Source: Eutreptiella sp. 'Long Island Sound 2002'
Lineage: Eukaryota > Protista > Euglenida
Direction: 5' to 3'
NCBI GenBank assembly: GCA_964036045.1
Contig: OZ038378.1
Location: 141,608,001-141,672,000, forward strand
DNA length: 64,000 nucleotides
Below, piece after piece: positions 62,666 to 64,000 of the stretch (position 1 is its first letter; each line of letters opens with the position of its first letter). The position numbers and the translations under genes were made by a program. The notes below the pieces were generated by a model, which ran no database searches, had not been told where the DNA came from, and saw only the letters and a program-made list of their open reading frames with translations.

Positions 62666-63465
62666 CCCACAGAGCAAGAGTCGGGGGCTAACCGGCGCAA
62701 AGGGAGGGTGGTGGGTTCGAGCTGACCAGGGTGTATGGGACGCCATGGCAGCACAGAGCAGTATAATGGTGAAACAACGGGGCGCCATTGCGCCCCTGGA
62801 GCACAAGCGCGACACGTCGTTACGTGTTGAAAAGCCGAAGCATGACAAGGGTTGCGAGAATGCGGCCCATGTGAGGGTATTGGAAGCGAGTGGACATGAA
62901 AATGTGGGCGGCCTGTGCACGCATGGTGTGGTGCTGAAAAGGTATGCGCCACACACAGTACAGCAATGATCTGTTGAAGTGTCCGGCAGCCAGAACTTTT
63001 GTTGAAATGTTGAGACGCCTTTGCGCCACCATAGGCGCCTTTGCGGCCCCGAAGTTCGGGTACGACACGTCCTCACGTGCCAGAGAGCAAGTGCATGACA
63101 GGGGCACGACCTGCAGGGCAAGGGTTCTAGACTAACCGGCACTGTGGGAGGGTGGTGGGTGCGAGCTGACCTCAGTGTCCAGAGGACCAAAGCCAAAGCA
63201 CAGTCAGCAACCACCTGGAGTGGTACAAAACTGGTCTGCGCTGCAGTGCAGCAAGAAAACACTGAACAATGTGGTTATGACCATGCGCCTGTGACACGGG
63301 GGCGTATGCGAGCCCAGTTTCCGTTGCCTCATGGCCCTGTCCTTCCCCAAGGGGGGGGGGGGGCGTCACTTGCTCAACCCAAAATTTTTCGTTGCAGCTC
63401 ACTGCGTTGTTGTGGCAACACCACCACCCAAGAGTGCTGCCCAAAGCATTCCAGTGGAAAGTGGT

Positions 63466-63610
63466 GAGCATGCGCAAGAGTTCAAGGTCAAGTGGGGCAG
63501 GACCAAGAAAATTTACACCGAGTTGGTCAAGGAGTAGGTCTCCGTACATTGGCAGCCCGTTGGACGTATCTTATGCTAAATTCTTTCGTTTTATGCTCCA
63601 ATTTCTCTGC
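63466..63610 (+). pseudogene. pogo/Tc5-type (DDE_1) transposase remnant
   Basis: EHAQEFK..KKIYTELVKE*VSVHWQP then, frameshifted, PLDVSYAKFFRFML, resembling the QPLDV..F..FK motif. Confidence 0.45.
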
Positions 63611-64000
63611 CTGCAAATGTCGCTGTACGGTGGTAGTGCGGTTCCCCAGGGGGGGTGGGGGACCGTCACTTGGTGACCGTCCCCCAGGGGGTGGTGGGGG
63701 ACCGTCTTCCCTGGGGTGGGGAAGGAAAAGTAGGGGGGGGGGGGGTACAACACTGGTGGGCGTGAATAATCTAACATGGTTCCGTGTTGGTCTGCATGTT
63801 TGTGCTATGGACTGCAATCCTAGAGTCCAATTGATCCATCTTTGTATGCTATGTATGTGGCTTAGCACCTGGGGACCGTGGCAAGACACGGTAACTGAAC
63901 GGTGGAATAGGGCGTCGGCGGCAGAGGTACACCATGCGTCCTGCCTTCGCATTCCACAATCCCGTTGGGACCACGTCCCCCGAGCACTGCGGATAGACCT

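Overview
Eukaryotic nuclear DNA, with no prokaryotic operons or CRISPR arrays. It is dominated by G/C homopolymers, (CA)n tracts, minisatellites, MITEs and decayed transposons, and has a 200-N scaffold gap at 29209-29408. The repeat style and GTGYG donor sites remind me of euglenid (Eutreptiella/Euglena-like) DNA; this is inference from recall, not a database result. Almost all entries in the ORF track are spurious readings of repeats. Supported content: (1) one spliced host gene on + (exons ~35751-35786, 35940-36133, 38028-38463, 42198-43745; ~737 aa; uncharacterised), with possible further exons at 12901-13136 and 16891-16975; (2) a 1446-bp PIF/Harbinger-group element with TIRs, a TGA TSD and intact DDE motifs inside its largest intron; (3) an internally deleted hAT element with a 5-bp TSD; (4) remnants of non-LTR RT/RNase H, Ty3/Gypsy and pogo-type elements; (5) several MITEs with TIRs/TSDs; (6) tRNA-like Pol III promoter modules, including a convergent pair flanking a GC hairpin that is itself duplicated in inverted orientation; (7) a 4-kb 12-bp minisatellite with fold-back orientation switches. 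All protein family calls come from motif recognition by eye.
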